The notes: generated by a model not told the origin, from the letters alone. 64,000 nucleotides of DNA from the human T2T-CHM13v2.0 reference genome, Homo sapiens (GCF_009914755.1 NC_060927.1); one strand, 5' to 3'; counted from the stretch's first letter, positions 27,914 to 40,620 are shown. Numbers and translations: made by a program.

Positions 27914-30091
27914 GAGAAAAACGTAGAGAGAAAAAAGGGGAAAGAGAAAGAAAAGAGAAGGAAAGGTAGAGGAAGAGAGGCCATACATGCACTAGATAAA
28001 GTCGCACCTACAGCTGAGCAAGATAGTTTCCAATTATCCTAGCCAATAAATTCTATTGTCTGCTTAAGCTAGAATGGGTCACATTTTTAGTTGCTTACTA
28101 GTGAAATTATCCTAACATGCTAACAGGCAAGATAAAAATAGTCTGAGCAATGACTAAAGGAGCACATTTTTTACCTCATATACTGACAATTCAAGAGCAT
28201 TATTGCATCATTTGCTGCCAAATGGAGAGGAAAGTTGGTTCCTAAGGACCCCCTCGGCCAGAAAAGTACAAAACATCTGTTGAAGTCATGGGTGACTTGT
28301 TAGCAAAGTTCAGCAGCAGTAAAGCTTCCTAAGAAACAGGTCTTTTCTCACCAGCGGGTATTGATATAATTAGGGTCAATTACAATTTAGAATTTCCAGG
28401 GCATGGGGCTGAATTACAGTGGCATTTAAGAGCTCTGCTAAATTTTCCCATTCATCTTGAAGATTTCTGGAGGAACCTGTTGTAATTAAGTAATCTTCTT
28501 CTTTTCATTTTTATGACAATTTTCTTCTTCAGGCTTTGCAATTACCCACTACTCCAAAGTACCTTCCTTTAGAAGAAGAATTAAAAAAAAGACCACCTGA
28601 TTTTCAATCGACAATGAGACTTGGTTTTGCTGCCTGCTAAGTGATGGATTGTGATGTGTACAGCAATCTCTAAATAAGCTGCTTCAACAAGATTTTTTAA
28701 ACTCCCACTGCCCTCACCAAACACAGATAATCCCAAAAACTCATTGTCTGAGTGGGTGATCAAAAACGAAAGAGGTGACATTATGATTGCTGGGCATCCT
28801 TTACCCACGTGGTTTGTAAGTAGCCCTGGGAGATGTGCAAACAAACTCTATTACTTCCTTGTGGGTTTTCACATATGCTTCCCCCATACAGATTTTATGA
28901 AGACATACCTTTTGAGCTTTATGCAATCGAGGGGAAAGAGCTTTCACTGGATTAAGCTATTCCAATTGCATTTACCTTGGGCAACAAAGTATACCATATC
29001 CATAAAAAACAGCCAGAGGCTTTTAAGTATTAGGTCAATAGCACTTGAGTATCATATAGTCCCAAAAGAAGCTGTAACAGATCATGTTGATTTTATGGAA
29101 TGCCTTGGCTCTCTCTGGGGAGGGAGTAGTACATAGGGAGTGAGGAACATTATGACACCTATTACTATCAACCACTGTTCAGTGATGGCTTTCTATGCAA
29201 GCACCCAACCACCCTGAGAAAAAAGTACTAACATCTTCAATTGCACAAAAGAAGAGGGAAAAATAATTACAGTTAGTTGTCTGGTCTGTGATCATCCAGC
29301 TCAAGTGAAAAAACTAAAATTTGAAAACCTCATCTTTCCAATTCCAAAGTTTATATTTAAAAATTGTACTTCCAGTGTTGAAAAGTATCTTTGGGAATAG
29401 TTATGCCAGTTTCTGACTCACAATAAGATACACTCCATGCATGTTGTGTGTGTGTATCTAAAACCATCCTTGACCCAGTACAGGCACTTCTAGTTAATCT
29501 TTCAACTGATCTTATCCTTGTCCAGCGTGTGGGCCACTGCTCATGCCATTTCTTCTACACAGCATACCTTTCTTTTCCCTCCCATTTCCACCTATGGAAA
29601 TCTTGCTTGTAAGTCAAAGCCCTGCTGTGAACTAACTATGTGCAAGACATGACAAACACAGCAGTCAGACAGATGTAGCCTCTTTGTTATCTATTCCATA
29701 ATAACACGAGGCATGTAATAGTGTTTCACAGTTTATGAAGACCTTCCAATGCACTTCCAGAATGGCCAAAATTCCAGCTAACTCTGGAAAACGCATTCCA
29801 AAGAGAACCAACTAGAATAAATGGGGAAAAATTTTATGTCATGAGTACCGAATGTGTGCCAAGTATTTCCATATATGCCTAACTTAATCATTGGCTGTAT
29901 GACAAAATATGATTGCAAGCATATTAATGTATTAATTCAAAAATATTTTTGCAACAGCTCTGTTGTTAAAGGTTCTGTGTTAGACACTTGATGCAAGCAA
30001 CACAAAGATGAATCAGACGAGAGGAAATAAAGTCTACACAAGTAGACAAAGAAAAACAGTGCTTTATATTGGACATTAACAAACAAAAGGA

Positions 30092-30395
30092 ACCTGTAAT
30101 CCCAGAACTTTGGGAAACCAAAGCGGGAAAATTGCTTGAGCCCAGGAGTTTAAGACCAGCCTGGGCAACATAGCGAAACCCCGTCTCTATAAAAAAATTT
30201 TAAAAATTTAAAAAATTTAAAAAATTAGCAGATCATAATGGCAACTGCCTGTAGTCCCAGCTACTAGAAAGGCTAGGTGGGAGGATCACTTGAGCATAGG
30301 GGGGTCAAGGCTGCACTGCGGCATGATCATGCTACTGCACTCTAGCCTGGGCGACAGTGAAACTCTGCCTCGAAAAGAAAAAAATAAATAAATAG
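30092..30395 (+). mobile_element. AluJ, slightly 5'-truncated
   Basis: Starts ACCTGTAATCCCAG; J-type GGTCAAGGCTGCA...CATGATCATG. Confidence 0.9.
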
Positions 30396-30518
30396 AAGGA
30401 AATAAACATGTGCTCAAAGGGTATTATGGTAGTAGACACCTTTATTCCAGCAGCTAGTACTGTACATGGGAAAGAGCAAATAATGATTATTTAATAAACA
30501 GATAATAAAAAAAGACTG

Positions 30519-30937
<419 letters not shown>

Positions 30938-33586
30938 TTATATTTTTAAGTTTTTATTTCCATTCTACACTCCAGTGAGCAAATCAAAATGCCTACTGCC
31001 AAAAAAGGCTCATAATTAATACATTTTTACTTACAATGAAGGCTATCATTAGTATATCACCAATTAATGCCAGAAAAGGAAGATCTGTCATGATATTCTG
31101 AATCGACATTGTAAAAAGGAGAAAATATATGGATGGAAAGTATTCTGGCATGTTTCTAGTTATTAAGAACAACTCTGCTGAACAGCAATTTGGGATGATG
31201 TGAAATGAAACAAATGATATCACTCATTGTATTCAGTGTGATGATCAGTTGGCAACAATTACAAAAATGTACCAGTAAGGATATAATATCAAATGTCTAT
31301 AGATAGTCAAAATTGCAAATGGCATGGAAAAAACATAAGAGAAAACCATCACACCTTTCTCTCTGTTTTGCAGTCAATGATTTTCTCATTTGTATTCTCC
31401 TATACTGTAGACTTCCCAGGACAGAGATTACCTGAGGTTCTTCTCTGGATCTCTAGACAAAGCCCACTGTCCAATACTTAATATATGACTGTTAACTATG
31501 GAAACAAGGAAGGAAGGAAGTCACAATTTCATTCTGAAAACTAATCCACCTTCTTATCAGCCAATATGTCCTCCTTCAAGGAGCAGCACTGGAAAAACTA
31601 ATGAAATAAAACACCAGGACAAAACGTGGTATCCTTCTCCAGAATGCACAGGAAATTTCTGAATATTACCAAGAATTAAATATATTTGATTGTTATATAG
31701 CCTCAAATGGGCCAGCACTTACTTGTGAGTTACTAATCTAATCTCAACTATTTCTTTTCTTTACAACATTGTATTTCAAAATAACTCAAACCTACAATTG
31801 GTTGCAAGTTAGTACGATGAATACCTGCAATACCCTACTTCAACTGTTAAGGTTTTATCATATCTGCTTTCTCTCTTTTACACACACAGACACACATATA
31901 GGCACACACTCAGCAATATCATCATCATTTTCCCAATTGCTTCTTAGGGCACAATGGTTTGGGTATTCAAGAAAACAAGAATAAAAGTCATGGCATCCTG
32001 CAGACCAAAGCAAGACCTAACCCTTGTGTGAGGTATAATCAGTATCTTGAGTGAAATCATTTCCCTGGAGTGAAGAGTTCCCAGTGCAATGAACAGTGAG
32101 AACTACAACCGGAAAAACAGGTAGCAAAGACCCTAATAACTCCATATTTTATCTAATAAGAAATGAAGTGCTGAAGATTTGTGAGTGGGCTTGTAACCAA
32201 ATAAAATGATTTTTCCCAATATAAATTAGAGATACTATATCAAACGCACAGCAGAGACAAGAAGGTGGTGGCAGGAAAATCAGGCAAGTTTAAAACACCT
32301 AGAGTATTAGCAAAAAAATACATAATATAACTGGATTTGTTCTATTCCTCTAACAAAATATAACTAAAAGGGTTTGAAAAGTCATCGGCCAACAATATTT
32401 AATATAACATACTCAAATCACATATATTTCAATTAATTAGGTTTCTACAGGAGTAATGTGGTATTTGGACTTGGACATTAAATCAATACTGGCCTTACAG
32501 TTACTTCCCATGTTCTTCAGCCCTCCATTACAATCCACTCCCCTACCCAAAAATCAATACCAAAGCCTTATATGAGACAGAAAGGACAGTAATCTTTAAG
32601 TGGAAATAGGAATCTAAATTACAATTGTAAATGTCTAAAGCTTGTAGTCTGGGGATTTTCCTAATGGGAATATTTGATGTGACTTTTTGTTATTCTTATG
32701 GTTGTGCTCATAAGCACATCGCAAGGATGGTTTAAAGGCCCGAGCACCATAAATTAGATATTCTTTAAGAAATCATGTTCTTGACATATTTTTTCATTAT
32801 CTGAGAAGAATGAAACAGATTTTTTTTGTTAATTAGTGCTAAGGCATGTATTTTGCATTAGCATTAAGTTTACCAAAATGGCTTTAAAAACTTGAACAGA
32901 TGGCAGAATTATAATAACTTTTCCTTATGATTTAGGTTAAGAATAAAGTGTCATGAGAATTCTCCTCCTACCTAACTTTTCTATAAAGTTAATGCATTTA
33001 ATAGATATGGCATGTTTGTTTTTCTCACTGAGGTGTAAACAACTCTATCACACCTCAGATGAGTATAATGAGATGCGGGAATACATTTCAATACTCTCTA
33101 CCTAGGGTAAAGGGATTTTCCAGGGTTTAAGCATCAAACCACGCAGAAACAACTCCAAACCTTCGACAATAACTGCACAGGATGGCACAGGGGTTGCAAA
33201 GACAGATGTCTTTAGGGGCCTGGCAGGTACTGAAAACGAGTAAAGTAGACTTGCTCTGAGGATAATAGGGAGTAGTGGGAACTGCAGCCAGCCGGACAGA
33301 GCAAGCACCACCCGGGGCGACAAACCCAACTTCTCACCAACTGCTTTCAGGAATGGAATGAAGGCCCTGAGTAGCTGGAATCACTTATTTTCCAAAAGCC
33401 GCCCCAAATCTAACTTTCCTATGTGAAATGTCCCAATAAAAATTTCGGTGGCTAGTTTATATTTTTTTAAAGAAAAGATAAAATAAAAAGAAATGAGGAC
33501 TAAAGAAAACAGTCAGTGGCCTCCAGGGGGAACCATGAGACATTAGTCTGCAGCCTTAGATGGATATCTATAACTGGTGTTCATGG

Positions 33587-33696
33587 ACCTGGGAGGTGGA
33601 GGTTGCAGTGAGCCGAGATTGTGCCACTGCACTCCAGCCTGGGCAACAGAGCGAGACTCCATCTCAAAAAACAAAAACAAAAAAAAACAAACAACA
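33587..33696 (+). mobile_element. Severely 5'-truncated Alu (last ~80 nt of the right arm plus tail)
   Basis: Perfect 15-bp TSD AACTGGTGTTCATGG at 33572-33586 and 33697-33711. Confidence 0.95.
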
Positions 33697-34194
33697 AACT
33701 GGTGTTCATGGTTAGTGCTATGGCTTATTTCATGCCCTGTCCTTGAGGGGGATCTCAGCCCCTAAGTGAAACACTTGAAATTAGTAAACTGGGTCGGCTT
33801 GCAAGCCTGATTTTTGAAAAGGTATTATGGTGAAACCTGGAAACCTGCATGAATTCTAATGTGGCCCACCTTTATACCTATGTGAGATGATCTTGAGCTC
33901 TGTAACCTCCATTGATCTTACCAGTGGCTCAGCTAGCTCTCATTTTATTTGTCTTCTTGACTCTCCCTTAAATTCCCCATCGTGCCTATTCCCAATTTAT
34001 GCCTCTTAAAAGTCATTAGTAACTGAAATGAGCAAAGTTTAAGAACTGGTGCCTCTTCCTGGCCTCCATATGCTTTAATTTCATTGCAGCATTGGATATC
34101 TCATCTTCCCATGTCTCTTATCATCAACCTCAAGCTCCCCAAATTTCCTTGCTCTCACTAAATTTACCCATTTTTCTCAAGCCTTTTAAGATTT

Positions 34195-34288
34195 CTTAGA
34201 ATCCAGAACTGTAAGCAATAAATATTTGTTGTTTCTAAATCACCCAGGCTAAGGTATTTTGTTATAGAAGCAGGAACTGACTGAGGCA
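34195..34288 (+). mobile_element. MLT1A/MST LTR 3' fragment
   Basis: TCCAGAACTGTAAGCAATAAATATTTGTTG...GTATTTTGTTATAGAAGCAG. Confidence 0.7.
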
Positions 34289-35527
34289 AAATGTTATCTT
34301 GCTTAATTCAGAAGACAGACCCTATGGTTACGCCATTTTGTAGATGAGCTAACTAAGGCTAAGAGAGGACAGGTAACTTGCCTGAGGTTACACAACTAGG
34401 CAGAAGCCAAATCCAAATACCAGTCAAGCATTAGCCACCAGGCTCTCCTTTCTCATCTCCCACTTCTAATCAATTGATAACTTTGGTAGATCCCACCTTG
34501 GTTTAGTACCTTGCATCCACACCTCTGTGCCATCCCAGCACCATCATAATTCTAATCATACATTTCAGTATGATTGGTCAGGTGCAATAGTCTCCTAATC
34601 TCCTTAATATCTCTAGTTTCTTTCTCTTCAACACAAATTTCCACACTCTATGATCTTACTAATATTCAGCTCCCATCATGTTCTTCAGAAAAAGAAAAAT
34701 GTGTGGAACCTACGCAATGTCTAGGTCTGTTCAGTGTCTTCAAGGTATTTTACAACTCTGTTACATTACAGGTAACTAATAGTAATGCAAAATATTAAGA
34801 CATGCAAATTATTTCCTGTTTGATACAGGTTTACTTTGACCTCCTTCCTTCCTGCCACCTGGAGGAAGAAAACAGCTTTGCCTCCATTTTCACACACATT
34901 TCAATATTCCTGTTTTATAAACATGCCTGTTGTTTGGATTATCTTTTAAACCAGTTATATCATCTGCAGCTTCCCTTGTGAATTAAATAAAATCTTTAAC
35001 ACAGGTTCATTTCTGTATCTGTCTGAGAGTTATGACTTAACCTATTGCTGAAAATGTTCTTCTAACATGTTTAGCTCCTAACAGATCCTTGCTCTAAAAC
35101 CTTCAATGGACACCAGTTGCCAAATGAATTAAATCCAGAAACGTTACCCTGGAATTCAAAACTAAGAGTATCATCTACTCTGTCAGTCATATATTACACT
35201 GCTTGTCCATTCACATCCTGCATGGACAATAAAAGAAACTCCGTGGGTGCCACACATTTCACTCTCCCAGTTTTCTTCCTCTGCTGATGCTACTCTTTCA
35301 CCCTGGATTGTGGCTTTTCATAGAGTGTTCAACATAATAGCTGCTGTGGATGCCCTAACCCATGCTTCTCAAACATTTCACAGTAGTAACATGGCATAGG
35401 GATTAACATTTGCTTCACTGAAGTAGGGGAGCAGGAGGAGGACAAGGAAGGTGGAGGTAAAGTAGACTGCTACAAGCAGAAATTTCTTTGATGTCTCATG
35501 CTTTAGCTCAAAAATATATGCAGATTA

Positions 35528-35874
35528 AAAAGGAATGAGATCATGTCCTTTGCAGTGACATGGATGAAACTAGAGGTCACTATCCTTAGCAAACTAACTC
35601 AGGAACAGAAAACTGAATACCAAATGTTCTCACCTGTAAGTGGGAGCTGAATTATGAGAACAAATAGACACATGGCGGGAACAAAACAAACTAAGGCCTG
35701 TCGGAGGGTCAACAGGGAGGAGAGAGAATATCCGGAAGAAGAGCTAATGGATGCTGGGCTTAATACCTGGGTGATGGGTTGATCTGTGCAGAAAACCACC
35801 ATGGCACATGTTTACCTATGTAACAAACCTGCAATCCTGCACATGTAACCCTGAACTTAAAAGTTGGAAATTAA

Positions 35875-35876
<2 letters not shown>
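35528..35876 (+). mobile_element. L1PA (old primate, PA13-16-like) 3' end
   Basis: AAAAAGGAATGAGATCATGTCCTTTGCAG...GTAACAAACCTGCAATCCTGCACATGTA; TGCAGATT on both flanks. Confidence 0.93.

Positions 35877-35917
<41 letters not shown>
35877..35917. repeat. (CA)~20 microsatellite at the L1 tail
   Basis: Seen directly. Confidence 0.97.
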
Positions 35918-35920
<3 letters not shown>

Positions 35921-36064
35921 CTCTGCAGATTTTGTACACACTCCATCATATATCAGCAGGGGCTTTTGTGAAAAATAATATTGCCACCTCCAAATATTAC
36001 AATAAAATTTCCCTTCCTGGCAGGTGACTAGTCTGTGGTGTTGTACATCCCATGAAACACTCTG

Positions 36065-36306
36065 TGACAACGTTCAACTTTACCTGAGCCCTGTGCTCCC
36101 AGAAAACCAGAATTAAGAAATCTTCAATCCTTTCTGTAAGATCCCATCTCCATCGTTCCTCAGGATTCCCTTGTTTAGCGGCCTCTCTAAAACTCCAGGC
36201 CCACTTCCTCTTCTTCAAAATGTTCTACCATAATTAATGCTCTCCCTGTAGCAGTATCCTAAATAAAATCACCTCCTTAACTGTCCAGTGCATTATATCT
36301 TTGACA
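36065..36306 (+). mobile_element. MER110/MER92-like ERV1 LTR, internally deleted
   Basis: TGACAACGTTCAACTTTACCTGAGCCCTGTGCTCC...AATAAAATCACC...TCTTTGACA. Confidence 0.65.
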
Positions 36307-36391
36307 TATGGCATCCCTTCTTTGAAAAGTCCATGATTTTAGATGGTGCTTCCTAAGATTATTACTTTAAAATATTAAATTGTGATAGTAG

Positions 36392-36868
36392 TATGGGGAA
36401 AAATATATTTTCCTCACTCACCACTAAGTTCATGGCTGAGGCACCTATAACAAAAGGTAGATCAACAAGGAAAAAGCATATAAATCTATTGAATGAATTT
36501 TACGTGACATGGGAGCCTTCATAGGAAAATGAAACCCTCAAAATAGGGAAGCCTGTGTCTTTTTCTATGTTGGTTTGATGGAAAAGTGGATAGTAATGAA
36601 AAAGTATTATTGGATGAAAAAATATGATCTAATGGTAATAAGCTGGGAGGGACTTTGGAAGGCCTGTTTGCTAAATCTTCTTTGTGTCCCTGTATCTTCA
36701 GAGATAAGGATGTTCCCTTTCTCCAGATCTGTGGAGGGTACCTCTTGAATGAGGGTCTTATGAGAAGGGGAAGGGGAAGGGGAAGGTAAAAGAGATCTTC
36801 CTGCTTCTGCTATGTTCTCAAATATCAAGATGCCATATTTTGAAGTCATGTGTCCTGAACCCTATTCA
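36392..36868 (-). mobile_element. MER34-family solo LTR
   Basis: Reverse-complement homology to 39509-40003 (GGCCTGTTTG, TGTGTCCC, GTGTCCTGAAC). Confidence 0.75.
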
Positions 36869-37339
36869 GTTAAAAAAAAAAAAAAGACCTACCTTGATGT
36901 GGTTCCGAAAGATTTTTTTCACCTGTCCCCATTTAAAATGACTACCAAAGTTATAGCCGTCAAAACTACATAGGAATCTCTGCAGCAGGCCAGGAATTGC
37001 TGAGGTAGAGAAATAGAAGAAGTGGGCAGAGACCTTTCCTATCACCCTTAAAATATCTGAAAACTAAAACTACTGGAAATAGACACTAGTTTTCATTCAA
37101 TCTTTCTTTCAACAAATGTTGCTCAGACATAGCAGATGAGCGGCTGGGTACTGGCTATACAATCTGTTCAGGGGAAAGCTATGGAATCTTGATTAAAACT
37201 TTGAAATCCAAACCACAGATAAGATGAAAAGGAAGAAGATGAGTAGTGGGTGTGGAGAGACCTTCAAAGCCGGAAGGCTACAAAACATCAAAACATTCTG
37301 AGGACAGGATGGGAAGACCTTAAGTTATGGCAACTGCAA

Positions 37340-37560
37340 ATAATAATGGCTTACATTTGTTTTAAGGGAGTATCTTAAAATATTCAGGAACTAAGCTTAG
37401 TAATTTACATTCATCACCTTGCTAAATCCTTAGAGTAACTCCAGGAGCTAAGTACTATTATTATCCCCACTTAACATAAAAAGCAACACAGCCTCAGAGA
37501 GGTTAATTAACTTGCCCAGGGACTTGCAGACAGTAAGTAGCTAGGCTGCCCAACTCAAAA
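37340..37560 (-). mobile_element. MIR
   Basis: TACTATTATTATCCCCAC...CAGAGAGGTTAATTAACTTGCCCAGGG. Confidence 0.8.
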
Positions 37561-38436
37561 TCATGTTTCAATAATGCACCCCAAGTGCTGTTACCATGGG
37601 TTTTCTAGAAAGGGTATCCAATATAAATTGGAATCCAGAGTGAGGTGGAGAAAGAGTAAAGAGTGGGTCAGATTTCCTATGCCAACTCAGGGAGTGTGAA
37701 CTTCACCCTGGCAATGGGATGACAAGGAAATAATTCAAGGGAGGGAAAGCAAGAGGCTGGGACCTAGCAATGGATACCCCTGTACCACTGGGCCCCTTCC
37801 AGAGCATGAAAATGAATGAGAATAGGGTAGAATACAACCACAGGCTCAAGTGTCTCAATAACCACAAGGTCAGAAAGGATTTGCTTTAAGGCAATATTTA
37901 AACGCCAGTGAACACTCAGGTCTGAATTCTGTGCATCTAACCACTACAAGTTAGAAGAGAAAAAAATATTAGTGTTCTTAAGGAAGATCTAGCAAAACCA
38001 TCCTTCCAGTTCTAAGGGCCGTAGAGGGTGTAGGAGGTTGGTTCACACTTCAGGGTGTACCAATTAAGTATGATGACTGCAGCAAAATAGTGAGTAACAC
38101 AGCTAGATATTTAAAAGCCTCAGTTACTGGATTCCTGCCACTGCAGGAAACTTCTGTCTTGACTAAATTTAAAAAAAAAAAAAAGAAAAAAATAGTGTCA
38201 GGAGAAACAAAGTGTAAAATACAGAACTTATTTTTCTTCCTGCCAGGTGTAAGCGTTAAAACTTGGCGTATTCACTATTGTTTAGAAGTTTGAAAACTTT
38301 TAACAAAACAATAGAACACAGAAGTGAAAAAGTGATTGTTGGGGCTTTAGACTTAACACAAAGCTTTTGCAAATAAATGCCTCTATAACCTTAATGAATT
38401 CTAATAAAATATATTACGCTATTTTTTTCTTGTATC

Positions 38437-39109
38437 TGTCAGAGGTGTTTGAACCAGAGCAACTCTATCTTGAATAGCGGCTGGGTAAAATAAGGCTGAG
38501 ACCTACTGGGCTGTATTTCCAGGAGGTTAGGCATTCTAAGTCACAGATGAGATAGGAGGTTGACACAAGGTGCAAATCACCTGATAAAACAAGATGCAGA
38601 TGCGTAAAGAAGCTGGCCAAAACCCATCGAAACCATGATGGTGATAAAAGTGACCTCTGGTTGTCCTCAATGCTCATTATATGATAATTACAATGCATCA
38701 GTGTGCTAAAACACACTCCCACCAGCGCCATGACAGTTTACAAATGCCATGGCAAAGTCTGGAAGTTACACTATATGGTCTAAAAAGAGGAGGAACCCAA
38801 CCCTCAGCTCCGGGAATTGCCAACCCCATTCCCGGGAAAGTCATGAATAATCCACCCCTTGTTCAGCATCTAATCAAGAAATAATTATAAGTATTTTCAG
38901 TTGAGCAGCCCAAACTGCTTTCCAAATAAACTTGCTTTCACTTTACTTTTTGGAATACAAAAGTATTTTGGAATAAAAAAAGTACTTATCCCTTTACTTT
39001 CCTAATAAAGTTGATTTCACTTTACTCTTTGGACTCACTCTGAATTCTTCCTTGCATGAGGTCCAAGAACCCTTTCTTAGGCTCTGGATTGGTACCCTTC
39101 CCAGTAACA
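38437..39109 (+). mobile_element. MER41B ERV1 solo LTR
   Basis: TGTCAGAGGTGTTTGAACCAGAGCAACTC...CCCTTCCCAGTAACA; 4-bp TSD TATC. Confidence 0.92.
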
Positions 39110-39508
39110 TATCCACGACAGGTGAGAAAAGAAAAACAAAAGACATATATATCATATTACATCCTACCTAAGATGGTACCAATCGCAAGGAACGTATTAA
39201 TTTCAGAGACTGTGAGTATTAGAATCATCAAAATACACTATAATTATCACATTCATGAGTCCTGTTGATACATTTATTTTACTGTCTAAAATTCAGGAGT
39301 TTATGGTAAGGGAGTCTATTTGTAAGAGACCCTGTTGATTTTCACAAGTCAAGAAACAATAAACTTCAAGACATACTAAAAAGAAACCAGCCTGATGTCA
39401 GATCCTCTTCAACATAGAAACTATCCTCATAGTAAATTAAATTGAGGAAATATTTAATGGATAAGCTTGACTTTGTAAACGTGCCTTCCTGACCAATAGG
39501 TACGTTAC

Positions 39509-40003
39509 TGATGACGTTCAGGACACCCCACTTTGGCACTGGAGGAAACAGCAGAAGCAAGAAGGTCTCTTGGACCTTCTTCCTGCCCTTCTCTGAAGCA
39601 GACTATACAGTAATTCTCTGACCTCTGCAGTACATCATTAAGACTCCCATTTCAGAGGTTCTCTCACTGTACCTGGAGAAAAGGAACATCTCTGTCTCTC
39701 TGAAGACAAAGGGACACAGAAGAATCTGAACAAACAGGCCTTCCCAAGTCAGCCCAGTTTATTACCATTAGACCATAACCTTTTATCCTCCTATAATATT
39801 TCTCCCCTACCATCTACTTTATCAAACTGAACATTAAAACATGTACATTTCCCTATGTCTTTGGGTCTTCATTTTGGAATGATCCTGTGTCACATAAAAC
39901 TTATGTTAAATAAAGTTGTATGTTTTTCTCCGGTTAATCTGTCTTTTGTCATAGTGTCTCAGTCATGAGTCTAGTGACAGATGAAAAATCTTTTGTCCCC
40001 TAC
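39509..40003 (+). mobile_element. MER34-family solo LTR
   Basis: GTTCAGGACAC...GAAGAATCTGAACAAACAGGCC...TAAATAAAGTTGTATG...CCCCTACA. Confidence 0.75.
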
Positions 40004-40173
40004 AGCATCTATGAAGATCCAAAGAATGTCAAAGTATAATTTTTAAAAAGTTACAAACATTGCTTTTAGATAAATATAAAGCAAACATATCAAAATGAAT
40101 TTCTTAATGAGGGAACCAGTAGCATGGTGTATTCATACAAAAAGAATTAAAGAATCTAAGTACAAATAGGCCC

Positions 40174-40620
40174 TGACAATGTCAAACTTTACCTGAGCCC
40201 TGTGCTTGCAGAAAAGTGATGGTTAACAACCACCCCTACAAACCTTTTGAAAATTAAAGGCAAAACATCCCCACCCTTTTTGGTTCTGGGAAATGGCTGC
40301 TGAAGAGAACTACCCTTCCCCAAATGACTTAGATATGACTATTCTTACTCTATCATAATTTTCACAAAATGTGCAGACCACCCCTTTTGTTTACCTGTAA
40401 CAAGGCCAGAAAGAGACCCAACCCTTTTTACCTCTAGCCAATTTCCCACTCTGTGGCTCAGGATTGATTAGCTAAGATTAGAACTCTTTTTACCCCTAAA
40501 ACTGCTAGACGCTGAAATAAACATTTCCTGTTCAGCTAACTGACTGAAATTCCCTGACGGCAAAACAATCCCAGCTGTGAATCTCTTACCTAAAGAGTTA
40601 ACCAAATAAACTCTTTATGT
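40174..40620 (+). mobile_element. MER110/MER92-like ERV1 LTR (partial)
   Basis: TGACAATGTCAAACTTTACCTGAGCCCTGTGC...ACCCTTCCCCAAATGACTTAGATA. Confidence 0.65.

Larger units (their letters stand above)
27130..28118 (+). mobile_element. Old MLT1 (K/J-like) LTR interrupted by (CA)n and THE1
   Basis: GAGGCTGACTCCATC...GATTGGCTCAGGGGATG; 3' end GCCAATAAATTC...GCTTAAGCTAG...ATCCTAAC. Confidence 0.55.

Noticed and set aside
28744-29136. 130-aa + strand ORF (likewise 20801-21214, 26582-26983, 52812-53210)
   Set aside because: No homology recognised; some lie in an LTR or cross poly(A) runs, and some start at non-ATG codons
33102-33229. Possible 128-nt minus-strand exon
   Set aside because: Weak donor (TAG|GTAGAG) and stop codons in all frames; no support beyond the motif
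36065-40620. Two same-orientation MER110/92-like LTRs as the ends of one provirus
   Set aside because: The intervening DNA contains older MIR/L2 relics and no gag/pol or primer-binding site, and the copies diverge after ~45 bp
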